64,000 bases of DNA from an uncultured Bacilli bacterium (GTDB lineage Bacteria; Bacillota_I; Bacilli_A; RF39; UBA660). A model generated the notes under the pieces. The model did no database searches. It was not told the DNA's origin and saw only the letters and a program-made list of their open reading frames with translations. The stretch is from positions 10,986 to 74,985 of the forward strand of contig CANRFQ010000003.1 in the NCBI GenBank assembly GCA_947629935.1, given 5' to 3'. Positions 36,302 to 44,684 of the stretch are shown here, piece by piece (the stretch's first letter is position 1; each line of letters opens with the position of its first letter). A program made the position numbers and the translations under genes.

Positions 36302-36446
36302 ATCACCCCAAACATTTGTTCTAAGACTATTATAGTATATTTTAGAAAAAAGGCAACTGGAAAAATTTACAATTTTCCTTGCTATTTTAATAATATTTAG
36401 TATAATAAATTTTACAATGAATTTCTATTGAGGAAAATGATATCTA

Positions 36447-38792
36447 ATGAATTACAATAATTTATATCCTGAAACTTTACCGGAACCGTTGAATGATAGT
36501 CAATTAAAAGATTATTTTCTAAAATATAAAAATGGCGATTTAAAAGCCAGAAACGAAATTATAAAACATAATCTTCGTTTTGTTATTCATATAGTCGAAA
36601 AACGCTTTAAAAATATTGATCTTGACAAAGAAGAGTTAGTTAGTATTGGAACTGTAGGTTTAATAAAAGCCGTTGATACATATGATGTTTTAAAAAACAT
36701 AAAATTTGCTACCTATGCTGGACGCTGTATAGAAAATGAAATTCTCATGTTTTTGAGAGTAAATAATAAACATTTAAACAATATTAGCTTAGAAGAACCA
36801 TTAGGTGATAACGATAAGCTTACATTGGCAGATACGTTGGAAGATAAACAAATTAATATAGAACTCGATTATGAGGCTAAAGATGAATTAAATTATTATC
36901 AAAAAATCCTTTCGAAAGCTTTATCTTTATTAGATTCAAGAGAAAGGCAAATAATAAATTATTACTATTATCATAAAATGACGCAAAGCCAAATAGCAGA
37001 CAAATTAAATTTATCTCAATCCTATTTGAGTCGAATAAAAAAAAATGTAATAAAAAAATTAAAGAAGATAATAGAAGCAAAAAATATAAATATTGCTGAT
37101 TTTTCAAAACTGGAGATTAAAGAAGGAGGAATTAAACAAATGAGTAAAATACGTTCAATAGAAAAATTTTTCCCCAATAATACCATAGAAGAACTTTTAA
37201 TAGCAAGCAATAAATTATCAGCCAAAGAAAAAGAAATTTTATATTTATATTATGGATTAAATGGTAAACAAGAGCAAACGACAGAAACCATTGCTAAGCA
37301 ATATGGATATACAAAATCATCAATCACAACTAGTGTAATTCCGCGTATCAGAGAAAAGCTAAAAAAAATATTAACTAATCCCAATTTAATTGAAGAAGGT
37401 AAGAACACAGGTGTAAGATTAAAAGGTTTAAAGCAATTTTTCCCTGATCAAAGTTTAGATGATATATTAACTGCGAGCAATAAATTATCAGCCAAAGAAA
37501 AAGAAATTTTTGATTTATATTATGGATTAAATGGAAAACAACAGCAAACGGCAGAAACTATTGCTAAGCAATGTGGATATACAAAATCATCAATACAAAC
37601 TGGTGTAATTCCGCGTATTAGGAAAGAGTTAAGGGAAATATTAGCTAATCCTAATTTAAATGAAACAAGTGTAAGATTAAAAGGTTTAAAACAATTTTTC
37701 CCTGATCAAAGTTTAGATGATATATTAACTGCGAGCAATAAATTATCAGCCAAAGAAAAAGAAATTTTTGATTTATATTATGGATTAAATGGAAAACAAG
37801 AGCAAACGACAGAAACTATTGCTAAGCAATATGGATATTTAAAATCTACATTACAAACTAGTGTAATTAAGCGTATTAGGAAAAAGTTAAGAAAAATGTT
37901 AGTTAACCCTAATTTAAATGAAGAAGGTAAGAAAACAAGTTTGAGATTAAACAGTTTAAAAAAATTTTTCCCTAATAATACCATAGAAGAACTTTTAATA
38001 GCAAGCAATAAATTATCAGCCAAAGAAAAAGAAATTTTTGATTTATATTATGGATTAAATGGAAAACAAGAGCAAACGGCAGAAACTATTGCTAAGCAAT
38101 ATGAATATGCAAAATCTACATTACAAACTAGTGTAATTCCGCGTATTAGGAAAGAGTTAAAGAAAATATTAGAGACTGCTCACACTCAAAAGATTAGTTA
38201 TGAAAATATTCAAAAAGCTATCCAAGAAATAGAAAAACAAATTTACAATAATACCTTTGATGAAAACAACTTATCATATAAAATTGGTGATGAAACAATT
38301 TATGTTGATATTATCGATACTAAATGTTCTTTAGCTTTTAAATCTAGCAAAACAGGTTTATTAGATAGAATTCATGCCCAAAAGAAAAAATGTTTAGTTT
38401 ATAAGATATATTTAAGTCAACCACATGATAATATTCAAGATAAATATATTATTAAAGATAAGAAAACCAATAAATGTTATAAATATGTTTATCTGTATGA
38501 AGATGGCAATTTTGATTTAACTGGCGTTTTAAATGAATTAGTTTGTTTTAAAATGGAAAATATTAAAATTGAAACACTCCCATCTTTAAATAATAATTAT
38601 AATGCCCAAAAGACACAAGAATATATAAAACGAAAAAAACTAATTGAAGAACAAAAGGCAGAAGAAAAACAATATCAAATAAATTTAGAAGAAGCAATTG
38701 ACCTACTTAAAAATCAAAATTATTCTGAGGCTATTAAAAAATTAGAAGCTAGTTTAAAGTCTACTAATCCTACAAACTTTAGCCTCAGTTAA
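36447..38792 (+). CDS. Sporulation-type group-3 sigma factor (SigE/SigK-like sigma2-sigma4 core, about 235 aa, with no pro-sequence) fused to four tandem additional sigma-region-4-like HTH domains, plus a C-terminal domain of about 200 aa with no recognised family
   Basis: The N-terminal core (KARNEIIKHNLRFVIHIVEKRF…LVSIGTVGLIKAVDTYD…KFATYAGRCIENEILMFLR, then LSQSYLSRIKKNVIKKLKKI) closely matches B. subtilis SigK/SigE. After that come four repeats of about 95 aa (…ASNKLSAKEKEIFDLYYGLNGKQEQTxETIAKQYGYxKSxxQTSVIPRIRKxLxK…) that align to the SigE region 4.2 sequence ([50 protein letters not shown]). The single ORF is 781 aa. Confidence 0.7.
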   Translation: MNYNNLYPETLPEPLNDSQLKDYFLKYKNGDLKARNEIIKHNLRFVIHIVEKRFKNIDLDKEELVSIGTVGLIKAVDTYDVLKNIKFATYAGRCIENEILMFLRVNNKHLNNISLEEPLGDNDKLTLADTLEDKQINIELDYEAKDELNYYQKILSKALSLLDSRERQIINYYYYHKMTQSQIADKLNLSQSYLSRIKKNVIKKLKKIIEAKNINIADFSKLEIKEGGIKQMSKIRSIEKFFPNNTIEELLIASNKLSAKEKEILYLYYGLNGKQEQTTETIAKQYGYTKSSITTSVIPRIREKLKKILTNPNLIEEGKNTGVRLKGLKQFFPDQSLDDILTASNKLSAKEKEIFDLYYGLNGKQQQTAETIAKQCGYTKSSIQTGVIPRIRKELREILANPNLNETSVRLKGLKQFFPDQSLDDILTASNKLSAKEKEIFDLYYGLNGKQEQTTETIAKQYGYLKSTLQTSVIKRIRKKLRKMLVNPNLNEEGKKTSLRLNSLKKFFPNNTIEELLIASNKLSAKEKEIFDLYYGLNGKQEQTAETIAKQYEYAKSTLQTSVIPRIRKELKKILETAHTQKISYENIQKAIQEIEKQIYNNTFDENNLSYKIGDETIYVDIIDTKCSLAFKSSKTGLLDRIHAQKKKCLVYKIYLSQPHDNIQDKYIIKDKKTNKCYKYVYLYEDGNFDLTGVLNELVCFKMENIKIETLPSLNNNYNAQKTQEYIKRKKLIEEQKAEEKQYQINLEEAIDLLKNQNYSEAIKKLEASLKSTNPTNFSLS
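37150..38190 (+). repeat. Four divergent tandem repeats of about 260-285 bp, in an A-B-B'-A' pattern, encoding the extra sigma4-like domains
   Basis: Units 1 and 4 share FFPNNTIEELLIASNKL; units 2 and 3 share FFPDQSLDDILTASNKL. The copies differ by scattered substitutions, so this is not an assembly duplication. Confidence 0.75.
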
Positions 38793-38913
38793 TCAACATT
38801 TAGGAGCAGTATATTTTAAAGCAGGGAAGGAACTGTTAGCTTTAAAATATTACCAAGAAAGTCTAAAATATAATGCCAAAAACTATTATTCTTATCTAGG
38901 CATAGGTCAATCT

Positions 38914-41331
38914 TTGCTAGCTATGAAATATTATGATGATGTTTTAACTTACTTTCAAAAATGTGAGGATTTGCGAACTTCGCATTTGAGTCATTACTTT
39001 GCAATGGCGGAATATTATAAACAAAAACAAGAATATTCTCAAGCTCTTCAACAATTAGATAAAGTATTAAAAAAATATGATGATAATTCTCGAGCATATC
39101 ATACAAAAGCTCAGATCTTAATGGAAATAGGCCAATATGAAATGGCAGAAGAAACAATAAAACAAGCATTAAAATACTATGATTATTGTAGTAATAGCTA
39201 TAGTTGGGTTCTTTTAGGAAAAATTTATTATTTAACTAATAGCAAAGAACAAGCATTTCAAATTTTTGATGATATAGCAGCTAAGCAATTACAATCGGAG
39301 TTATATGAAATAGGAGGTTTCTTTCATCATTTAGGACTTAAGGGCTTAGCTTATAAATATTATTTACAAGCTAATACATTTTATGGTAGAAGTAAAATGA
39401 ATAAAGCTGATGTAGAACATCATATTAGAAAGCATACGGTCTATAATAATGAAAAAATGCATTCATTATTTAATTGTTCTATAAATTTAGCAACCTTAGA
39501 AGAATTAATAAAAGATAGTGACAAAATAGGAATTCAAAATGGCACGGATATTTATCAATTTAAATGTCCTAACATTGGGACATTATATGTTGATGAAAAT
39601 GATAAAAGAACTGTCCATTATTTAACTATATTCACTTTACCATTTACAAAAAGAATAATAACAGCTTATCCTGATTATAAACTATTAACTAATCAAGAAC
39701 TTCCCCAAATAAGTGTTGATCAGATAAATAAAATATATGAGCGTAGCCTTGAACCAAAAATATCTTCTAAAATATGTGACATAGAAGAAAAAACAGAAGA
39801 TTCTTCTAAAATATGTGACATAGAAGAAAAAATAGAATATTCTTCTAAATTATGTGACATAGAAGAAAAAATAGCCCATGATGTTGAATATGCTATTAAA
39901 TTGTTTGAACAACGCGATTTTAAAACAGCGGAAAAGATATTGCAAAAATGTTTAATATCGCAAAGTGCTCAAACCTTTAGAAAAGTAAATTATTATTTAG
40001 GCTTAATTTATACTAAACAAAAAAAATATTTAACAGCTATCAAATATTTTCAAGATAGTTTAAAACAGAAAACGACGTACGGAGTTTTATGTGCTTTAGG
40101 TTATGCCTATATGATGGAAGAAAATTACGAAGAAGCCATTCAGTGTTTTAAAGAGTGCAATAATTTTGATGATCCTAGAAATTGGCATTTAATTAACTTA
40201 GGTATTTGTTATAAAAAAGAGCAAAATTTTGAGAAAGCTTTGGCTATTTTTGATAAAATTATTAGTCAAAATCCTAATAATTGGCTAATTTATTATAATA
40301 AAGCCTTACTATTATATGAATTGCAAAAATATGATGATGCCTTAAATGAAATAAGTGTAATAAAGAAATTAAAACATAAAGCATTAGTTCTTAAAACGTT
40401 ATTAGGAAAAATATATTATATGACTAATAAAAAAACAGAAGCGCTTTCTTTGTTTGAAGAAATAGTTCAAAGTGATCTTAAACATAATAAAATTTTCAAT
40501 ATAAAGGCTATTGGTAATTTCTTTCATGAGTTAGGCTTGCCAGAATTAGCTTATAAATATTATTTAAAAATTTCAATTTTTGAGAAATGGATACACCTGA
40601 AACCAAAAGAAGTAAATGCTCATTTTCAAAAACATTTTTCAGTGCCAAATAACCCGGCTATGCATTCAGTTTTCAATACAAAAATAAGTCTAGAATTATT
40701 AAATTATTTAATTAAAGATGAAAATAAAGTGGCTATTCGAGATTATTATGATGTATATCAAATAAAATGTCTTAATATTGGGAAATTATATATTACAAAA
40801 GATGATATTAAAAATGAAGATTACATCACAATTTTAACAGCACCATTTAGTAAAAATATCATGTTAGCTTATTCCGATTATAAAGTTTATTCCGATGTTA
40901 CAATTCCAATATATACTTTAGAACAAATTGAAAAATTATCTGCCCAATTCCCAGAAAAAGTAACAGAGCCAACTCAAGAAAATAAAACTCAAGAAGTGTA
41001 TGAAGGAGAACTATTAGATAATAGTGAAAACATTAACTTAATAAATCAAATTCCAGTCGCTGATGAAATAGAAATGGAATCATATCGTCAACAAATTAAA
41101 ATGTTTATTAACGTTTTACCAGACCCACAAGAACAAACCGTATTATTATTAAGTTTAGGATATATCCAAAATAAATATTTTAGTCTAAAAGAAATCAGCC
41201 AATTCTTTAATATGGAACAGATAGAAGTTAATAATATCTTTAATAGTGCTTTAAAGAATGTGGAAAATATGGCAAAGACATCTTTAAAAGGAGTAATGAG
41301 GGTCAAAAGCTTGTTAACTCCAAATAACTAA
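38914..41331 (+). CDS. TPR-repeat protein (805 aa) with a large internal duplication, a short 13-aa triple repeat, and a C-terminal sigma4/LuxR-like helix-turn-helix
   Basis: TPR-like YY…A…F motifs throughout. The N-terminal and C-terminal halves are paralogous (…FFHHLGLKGLAYKYYLQA… vs …FFHELGLPELAYKYYLKI…). (SSKICDIEEKxEx) occurs three times. The C-terminus INVLPDPQEQTVLLLSLGYIQNKYFSLKEISQFFNMEQIEVNNIFNSALKNV resembles a sigma-70 region 4 HTH. Confidence 0.55.
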   Translation: MLAMKYYDDVLTYFQKCEDLRTSHLSHYFAMAEYYKQKQEYSQALQQLDKVLKKYDDNSRAYHTKAQILMEIGQYEMAEETIKQALKYYDYCSNSYSWVLLGKIYYLTNSKEQAFQIFDDIAAKQLQSELYEIGGFFHHLGLKGLAYKYYLQANTFYGRSKMNKADVEHHIRKHTVYNNEKMHSLFNCSINLATLEELIKDSDKIGIQNGTDIYQFKCPNIGTLYVDENDKRTVHYLTIFTLPFTKRIITAYPDYKLLTNQELPQISVDQINKIYERSLEPKISSKICDIEEKTEDSSKICDIEEKIEYSSKLCDIEEKIAHDVEYAIKLFEQRDFKTAEKILQKCLISQSAQTFRKVNYYLGLIYTKQKKYLTAIKYFQDSLKQKTTYGVLCALGYAYMMEENYEEAIQCFKECNNFDDPRNWHLINLGICYKKEQNFEKALAIFDKIISQNPNNWLIYYNKALLLYELQKYDDALNEISVIKKLKHKALVLKTLLGKIYYMTNKKTEALSLFEEIVQSDLKHNKIFNIKAIGNFFHELGLPELAYKYYLKISIFEKWIHLKPKEVNAHFQKHFSVPNNPAMHSVFNTKISLELLNYLIKDENKVAIRDYYDVYQIKCLNIGKLYITKDDIKNEDYITILTAPFSKNIMLAYSDYKVYSDVTIPIYTLEQIEKLSAQFPEKVTEPTQENKTQEVYEGELLDNSENINLINQIPVADEIEMESYRQQIKMFINVLPDPQEQTVLLLSLGYIQNKYFSLKEISQFFNMEQIEVNNIFNSALKNVENMAKTSLKGVMRVKSLLTPNN

Positions 41332-41358
41332 TACAACTTATTGTAAATTAGTGTCAAC

Positions 41359-41395
41359 AAGTATAAGTATAACGCAATACTTATACTTTTTTTTG
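41359..41395 (+). terminator. Rho-independent terminator (perfect 12-bp stem plus T8)
   Basis: aagtataagtat-aacgca-atacttatactt followed by tttttttt. Confidence 0.75.
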
Positions 41396-41420
41396 ATAAG
41401 ATTAAGGTGGAGGAAAAATT

Positions 41421-42443
41421 ATGAAGTGTGTAAAATTAGTTGGAAAAAGAAAATTTGAAATTGGCGAAATAGAGGAGCCCCAAGCGCAAGATGGATATGT
41501 TTTAATTGATGTTAAAAAAGCCGGAATTTGTGGTTCGGATATTCACTACTGGGATATTGGGGAACCAAAAGGGCTAGTACTAGGTCATGAGTATTGTGGT
41601 ATTGTGACAAATACTGGTGGTAAAGAAGGTTTGCAAGTAGGGGATAGAGTAACAGCTCTACCTATATCGCCCTGTTTAAAATGTAGTGCTTGTAAAACGG
41701 GCAATATTCAATATTGTAAAGAGACTTGGACAAATGCCACCGGGTTATCTTTAACAAATTCGGGAGCATTAGCCCCAAAAATGGCTATAAGAGAAGATAT
41801 GGTTATCAAAGTTCCAGATAATATAAGTGATGAAGAAGTAGCAATGGTTGAACCAACAGCCGTAGGCTTACATGGAATTCATTTAGCAGATATTAAAGTG
41901 GGTCAGAAAGTATTAGTAATTGGGGGAGGAATAATTGGCCTTGTTTCAGCAATGTTTGCTAAAATGGAAGGTGCTAGTTTAGTTGTTGTTAGTGAAACAA
42001 ACGAAAAACGTGGTCAAAATGCCGTTGATTTAAAAGTCGCAGATAAATGGTATGACGCTAAAAGTGATTTAAGTGCTAAAATAACCGAAGATACTTTAGA
42101 AGGATTTGATGTGGTTATCGAATGTTGTGGTAATGAAAAGGCGGTAACAAGTGCAATTTTAGCTACTAAACCGGGAGGTACTTGTGTGCTAGTTGGAGTT
42201 TCTATGTTACCAATTACTATTCCAACTGTATCCGTTGTTATGAGTGAACTTACGGTCAAAGGCGCAATAGCTTATACGAAAGAAGAATTTGAGACTTGTA
42301 TTGAACTGATGGCGAATAACCAAATAGATGTTAAAAAATTTATTTCTGATATAGTTACCTTAGAAGATGTTCAAGCTTCTTATGAAAGATTAACTAATGG
42401 TAACGATGATGCCATCAAAATAATTGTAGATCCCAATAAATAA
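41421..42443 (+). CDS. Zn-dependent medium-chain dehydrogenase (threonine/sorbitol/alcohol dehydrogenase family)
   Basis: GICGSDIHYW…GHEYCGIV (catalytic Zn site), a structural-Zn Cys cluster (CLKCSACKTG), and a Rossmann motif VLVIGGGIIG. Confidence 0.7.
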   Translation: MKCVKLVGKRKFEIGEIEEPQAQDGYVLIDVKKAGICGSDIHYWDIGEPKGLVLGHEYCGIVTNTGGKEGLQVGDRVTALPISPCLKCSACKTGNIQYCKETWTNATGLSLTNSGALAPKMAIREDMVIKVPDNISDEEVAMVEPTAVGLHGIHLADIKVGQKVLVIGGGIIGLVSAMFAKMEGASLVVVSETNEKRGQNAVDLKVADKWYDAKSDLSAKITEDTLEGFDVVIECCGNEKAVTSAILATKPGGTCVLVGVSMLPITIPTVSVVMSELTVKGAIAYTKEEFETCIELMANNQIDVKKFISDIVTLEDVQASYERLTNGNDDAIKIIVDPNK

Positions 42444-42549
42444 AAATTGAAAATTATTCATATTTTCAGTTGCTATCTGGGCTGTGGATTTCTAATTGCT
42501 CATAGAAATAAAATATGATAATATAGTTTATAGTAGAAGGTGGATGTAA

Positions 42550-43752
42550 ATGAATGAAGAAAATGAGCAATTAGTAACTCCAGCAGAAGAACTTAGTGAA
42601 AATAAAGAAGAGAAAATGGTAGAGACCAAGCAACCTGAGGAAGTACCAGATGGTGGAAATAAGAAAAAAAGTAAAAAGAAAATTATTATAATCTGTAGTA
42701 TAGTAGCAGTTGTTTTAATTGGGGCTTTAATAGCTGGTTATTTCTTAATATTAAAAAAAGATCCGGTAACTAATGATTCTAATCCGAAAACCTGGAAAGA
42801 TATCTTGCTATTAGAAGCTAAAAATGGATCTTTAAAAGAAAAATTAACTGATCAAATAGATGATTATAATTATCATGCTGATGATGTTGATGTAATGCTT
42901 TTAGATATTGATTCTGATGATGATATGGAACTAATTGCTTATGTCGAAGATGAAATAACTGAAAAAGATAAAATCATGGTCTTTGAAATAGACAAAAAGA
43001 TTAAATTCTCGAAGGATTACGAGGTTTTAAACGAAGATGTTTTAGCTTATGCTTATAATGTAATTAATGAAAATATGTATTGGTATATAACTGATATTAA
43101 TAATAGCAAAGTAGTTATTTCTTTAGAAGATAAAGAATATACAGAAGAAGAATTTAATATGAATTTCCATTTAGTTGCTCATCAATATAAAAATGATGAA
43201 ATATTTGACCAATCCGAAGCAATCGAATTAAATGACAAAAGTAATAATTTAACTTCTATTGTCAATAAAATAATTAATAAGAAATTTACTAATGCCGAAT
43301 TTTTAGAAAACAATAATACTAGTAAAAGAGCAATTGAAAGAGAAATTGAAGATGAGAAAAAAGAAGCCGAAGCTAAATTGGAAGAAGAACAAAAACAGTT
43401 AGAAGAAGAACAAAAGAAAGCGGAAGAGGAAAAGAAACAACAAGAAGAAGCTAATAAAAATAATACTACTACCAATAATAACAGTGGAACGGGAACAAAT
43501 AGTGCCAATATAGATAGAATTGTCGATGAAACTCAAAATCCTGATGTGATGTGTGCGCAAGCTATTCAAGAGTTTTACCAAGATGAAAATTATACGTATT
43601 ACTTTAGTTGCCAAAAAAGTGATGTTGTTAAAGTAATATATACTGATGGCACGATGGAAAAAGTAGCAGTGGCTTTAAAAGCGGGACACATTAAAATTAC
43701 GGATTTAGATAGATTTAATATTTCTTATCTTAAAGAAAAAAATTCTGATTAA
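42550..43752 (+). CDS. Hypothetical membrane-anchored protein with an E/K-rich coiled-coil and a Cys-containing C-terminal domain
   Basis: TM helix (IIIICSIVAVVLIGALIAGYFLIL), a highly charged segment EKKEAEAKLEEEQKQLEEEQKKAEEEKKQQEE, then N/T-rich low complexity. No family recognised. Confidence 0.4.
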   Translation: MNEENEQLVTPAEELSENKEEKMVETKQPEEVPDGGNKKKSKKKIIIICSIVAVVLIGALIAGYFLILKKDPVTNDSNPKTWKDILLLEAKNGSLKEKLTDQIDDYNYHADDVDVMLLDIDSDDDMELIAYVEDEITEKDKIMVFEIDKKIKFSKDYEVLNEDVLAYAYNVINENMYWYITDINNSKVVISLEDKEYTEEEFNMNFHLVAHQYKNDEIFDQSEAIELNDKSNNLTSIVNKIINKKFTNAEFLENNNTSKRAIEREIEDEKKEAEAKLEEEQKQLEEEQKKAEEEKKQQEEANKNNTTTNNNSGTGTNSANIDRIVDETQNPDVMCAQAIQEFYQDENYTYYFSCQKSDVVKVIYTDGTMEKVAVALKAGHIKITDLDRFNISYLKEKNSD

Positions 43753-43758
43753 AAATAG

Positions 43759-43787
43759 TTGACAATCATAAAATAAAAATATATAAT
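43759..43787 (+). promoter_or_regulatory. Consensus sigma-A promoter TTGACA-N17-TATAAT for the infC-rpmI-rplT operon
   Basis: TTGACA at 43759..43764 and TATAAT at 43782..43787, both perfect hexamers. Confidence 0.6.
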
Positions 43788-43794
43788 TGAATTA

Positions 43795-43930
43795 TTGATG
43801 AAAAAGGAAAGAGATGTGTCCACATCCACCTGATTACCACAGGGTGATAGGTAAAAAGCCGATAGTTAATTGTACTTTAAGGTGAAAAGTGGACATATTA
43901 TGTCTGCTTTTTTCAATGTTGGAGGTGTGT
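43795..43930 (+). promoter_or_regulatory. Structured infC leader (candidate L20-responsive attenuator) with long-range complementary segments and a T-run
   Basis: tgtgtccacatccacc upstream is complementary to gtggacat downstream, and gacata-ttatgtc is followed by TTTTTT at about 43905..43912. By analogy to the Bacillus infC leader that L20 regulates. Confidence 0.35.
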
Positions 43931-43934
43931 TGAA

Positions 43935-44456
43935 ATAGCAAATAAAAACGATTTACCAATTAACGAAAATATTACAGTTGCAGAGCTAATGGTAATTGGT
44001 CCCAATGGAGAACAAATGGGAACCAAAAAATTAGAGGATGCTTTAACTTTAGCAAACTATGCGGGTTTAGATTTAGTCTTAATGAGTGGTAATAGCGAGA
44101 GAGCCGTGGGTAAAATAATGGACTATAATAAATATCGTTATGAAAAGCAAAAGAAAGTTAAAGAACAACAAAAGAAACAAAGAGAAAGTAATAAAGAAGT
44201 AAAAGAATATCGTTTTACAATCGCTACAGATGTTCACGATTTTGAAACTCGGAAGAAAAACGCAATTGAATATTTAAAAAAGGGTCATAAAATAAAGGCA
44301 TCTTTAAGATTTAAAGGACGCCAAATGGCTCATCCAGAACTTGGTAAAGAAATGTTATTAAAATTTGCTGAAAGTTTAGCAGAATATGCGGATATTGATC
44401 AAAAACCAAAACAAGAAGGTAAAAACATGTTCATGCTACTTGCACCTAAAAAATAG
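43935..44456 (+). CDS. infC: Translation initiation factor IF-3, initiating at a non-canonical AUA codon (the track ORF begins at the internal ATG at 43989)
   Basis: The in-frame upstream translation IANKNDLPINENITVAELMVIGPNGEQMG matches the conserved IF-3 N-terminus (…INE.IRA.EVRLI..NGEQLG). GGAGGTG lies 7 nt before the ATA, and there is no ATG/GTG/TTG in frame. Atypical starts (AUU/AUA) are a known infC hallmark. Confidence 0.75.
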   Translation: MANKNDLPINENITVAELMVIGPNGEQMGTKKLEDALTLANYAGLDLVLMSGNSERAVGKIMDYNKYRYEKQKKVKEQQKKQRESNKEVKEYRFTIATDVHDFETRKKNAIEYLKKGHKIKASLRFKGRQMAHPELGKEMLLKFAESLAEYADIDQKPKQEGKNMFMLLAPKK

Positions 44457-44471
44457 AAAGGAAGTATTATT

Positions 44472-44669
44472 ATGGCAAAAGGACCAAAACAAAAAACTCA
44501 TAGTGCAACAAAAAAGGTTATTAATAAAAGACCTGGAGGAACTATCAGTTATAAAAAATCGGGAGGAAACCACAAAACTGCCAAAGATTCATCTAAAGCA
44601 GTTAGACAAAGAAGAAATCAAGGAAAAGTAAGCAAAGGAGACTTAAGCAGATTAAAATCTGTTATATAG
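44472..44669 (+). CDS. rpmI: 50S ribosomal protein L35
   Basis: MAKGPKQKTHSATKKV… VSKGDLSRL; 65 aa, basic. RBS GAAAGGAAG. Confidence 0.8.
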   Translation: MAKGPKQKTHSATKKVINKRPGGTISYKKSGGNHKTAKDSSKAVRQRRNQGKVSKGDLSRLKSVI

Positions 44670-44684
44670 TTTGGGGTGAGATAA

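Noticed and set aside
44386-44631. 81-aa ORF overlapping the end of infC and most of rpmI in another frame
   Set aside because: It lies entirely inside confidently assigned infC/rpmI coding sequence and has Lys-rich low complexity. Spurious.
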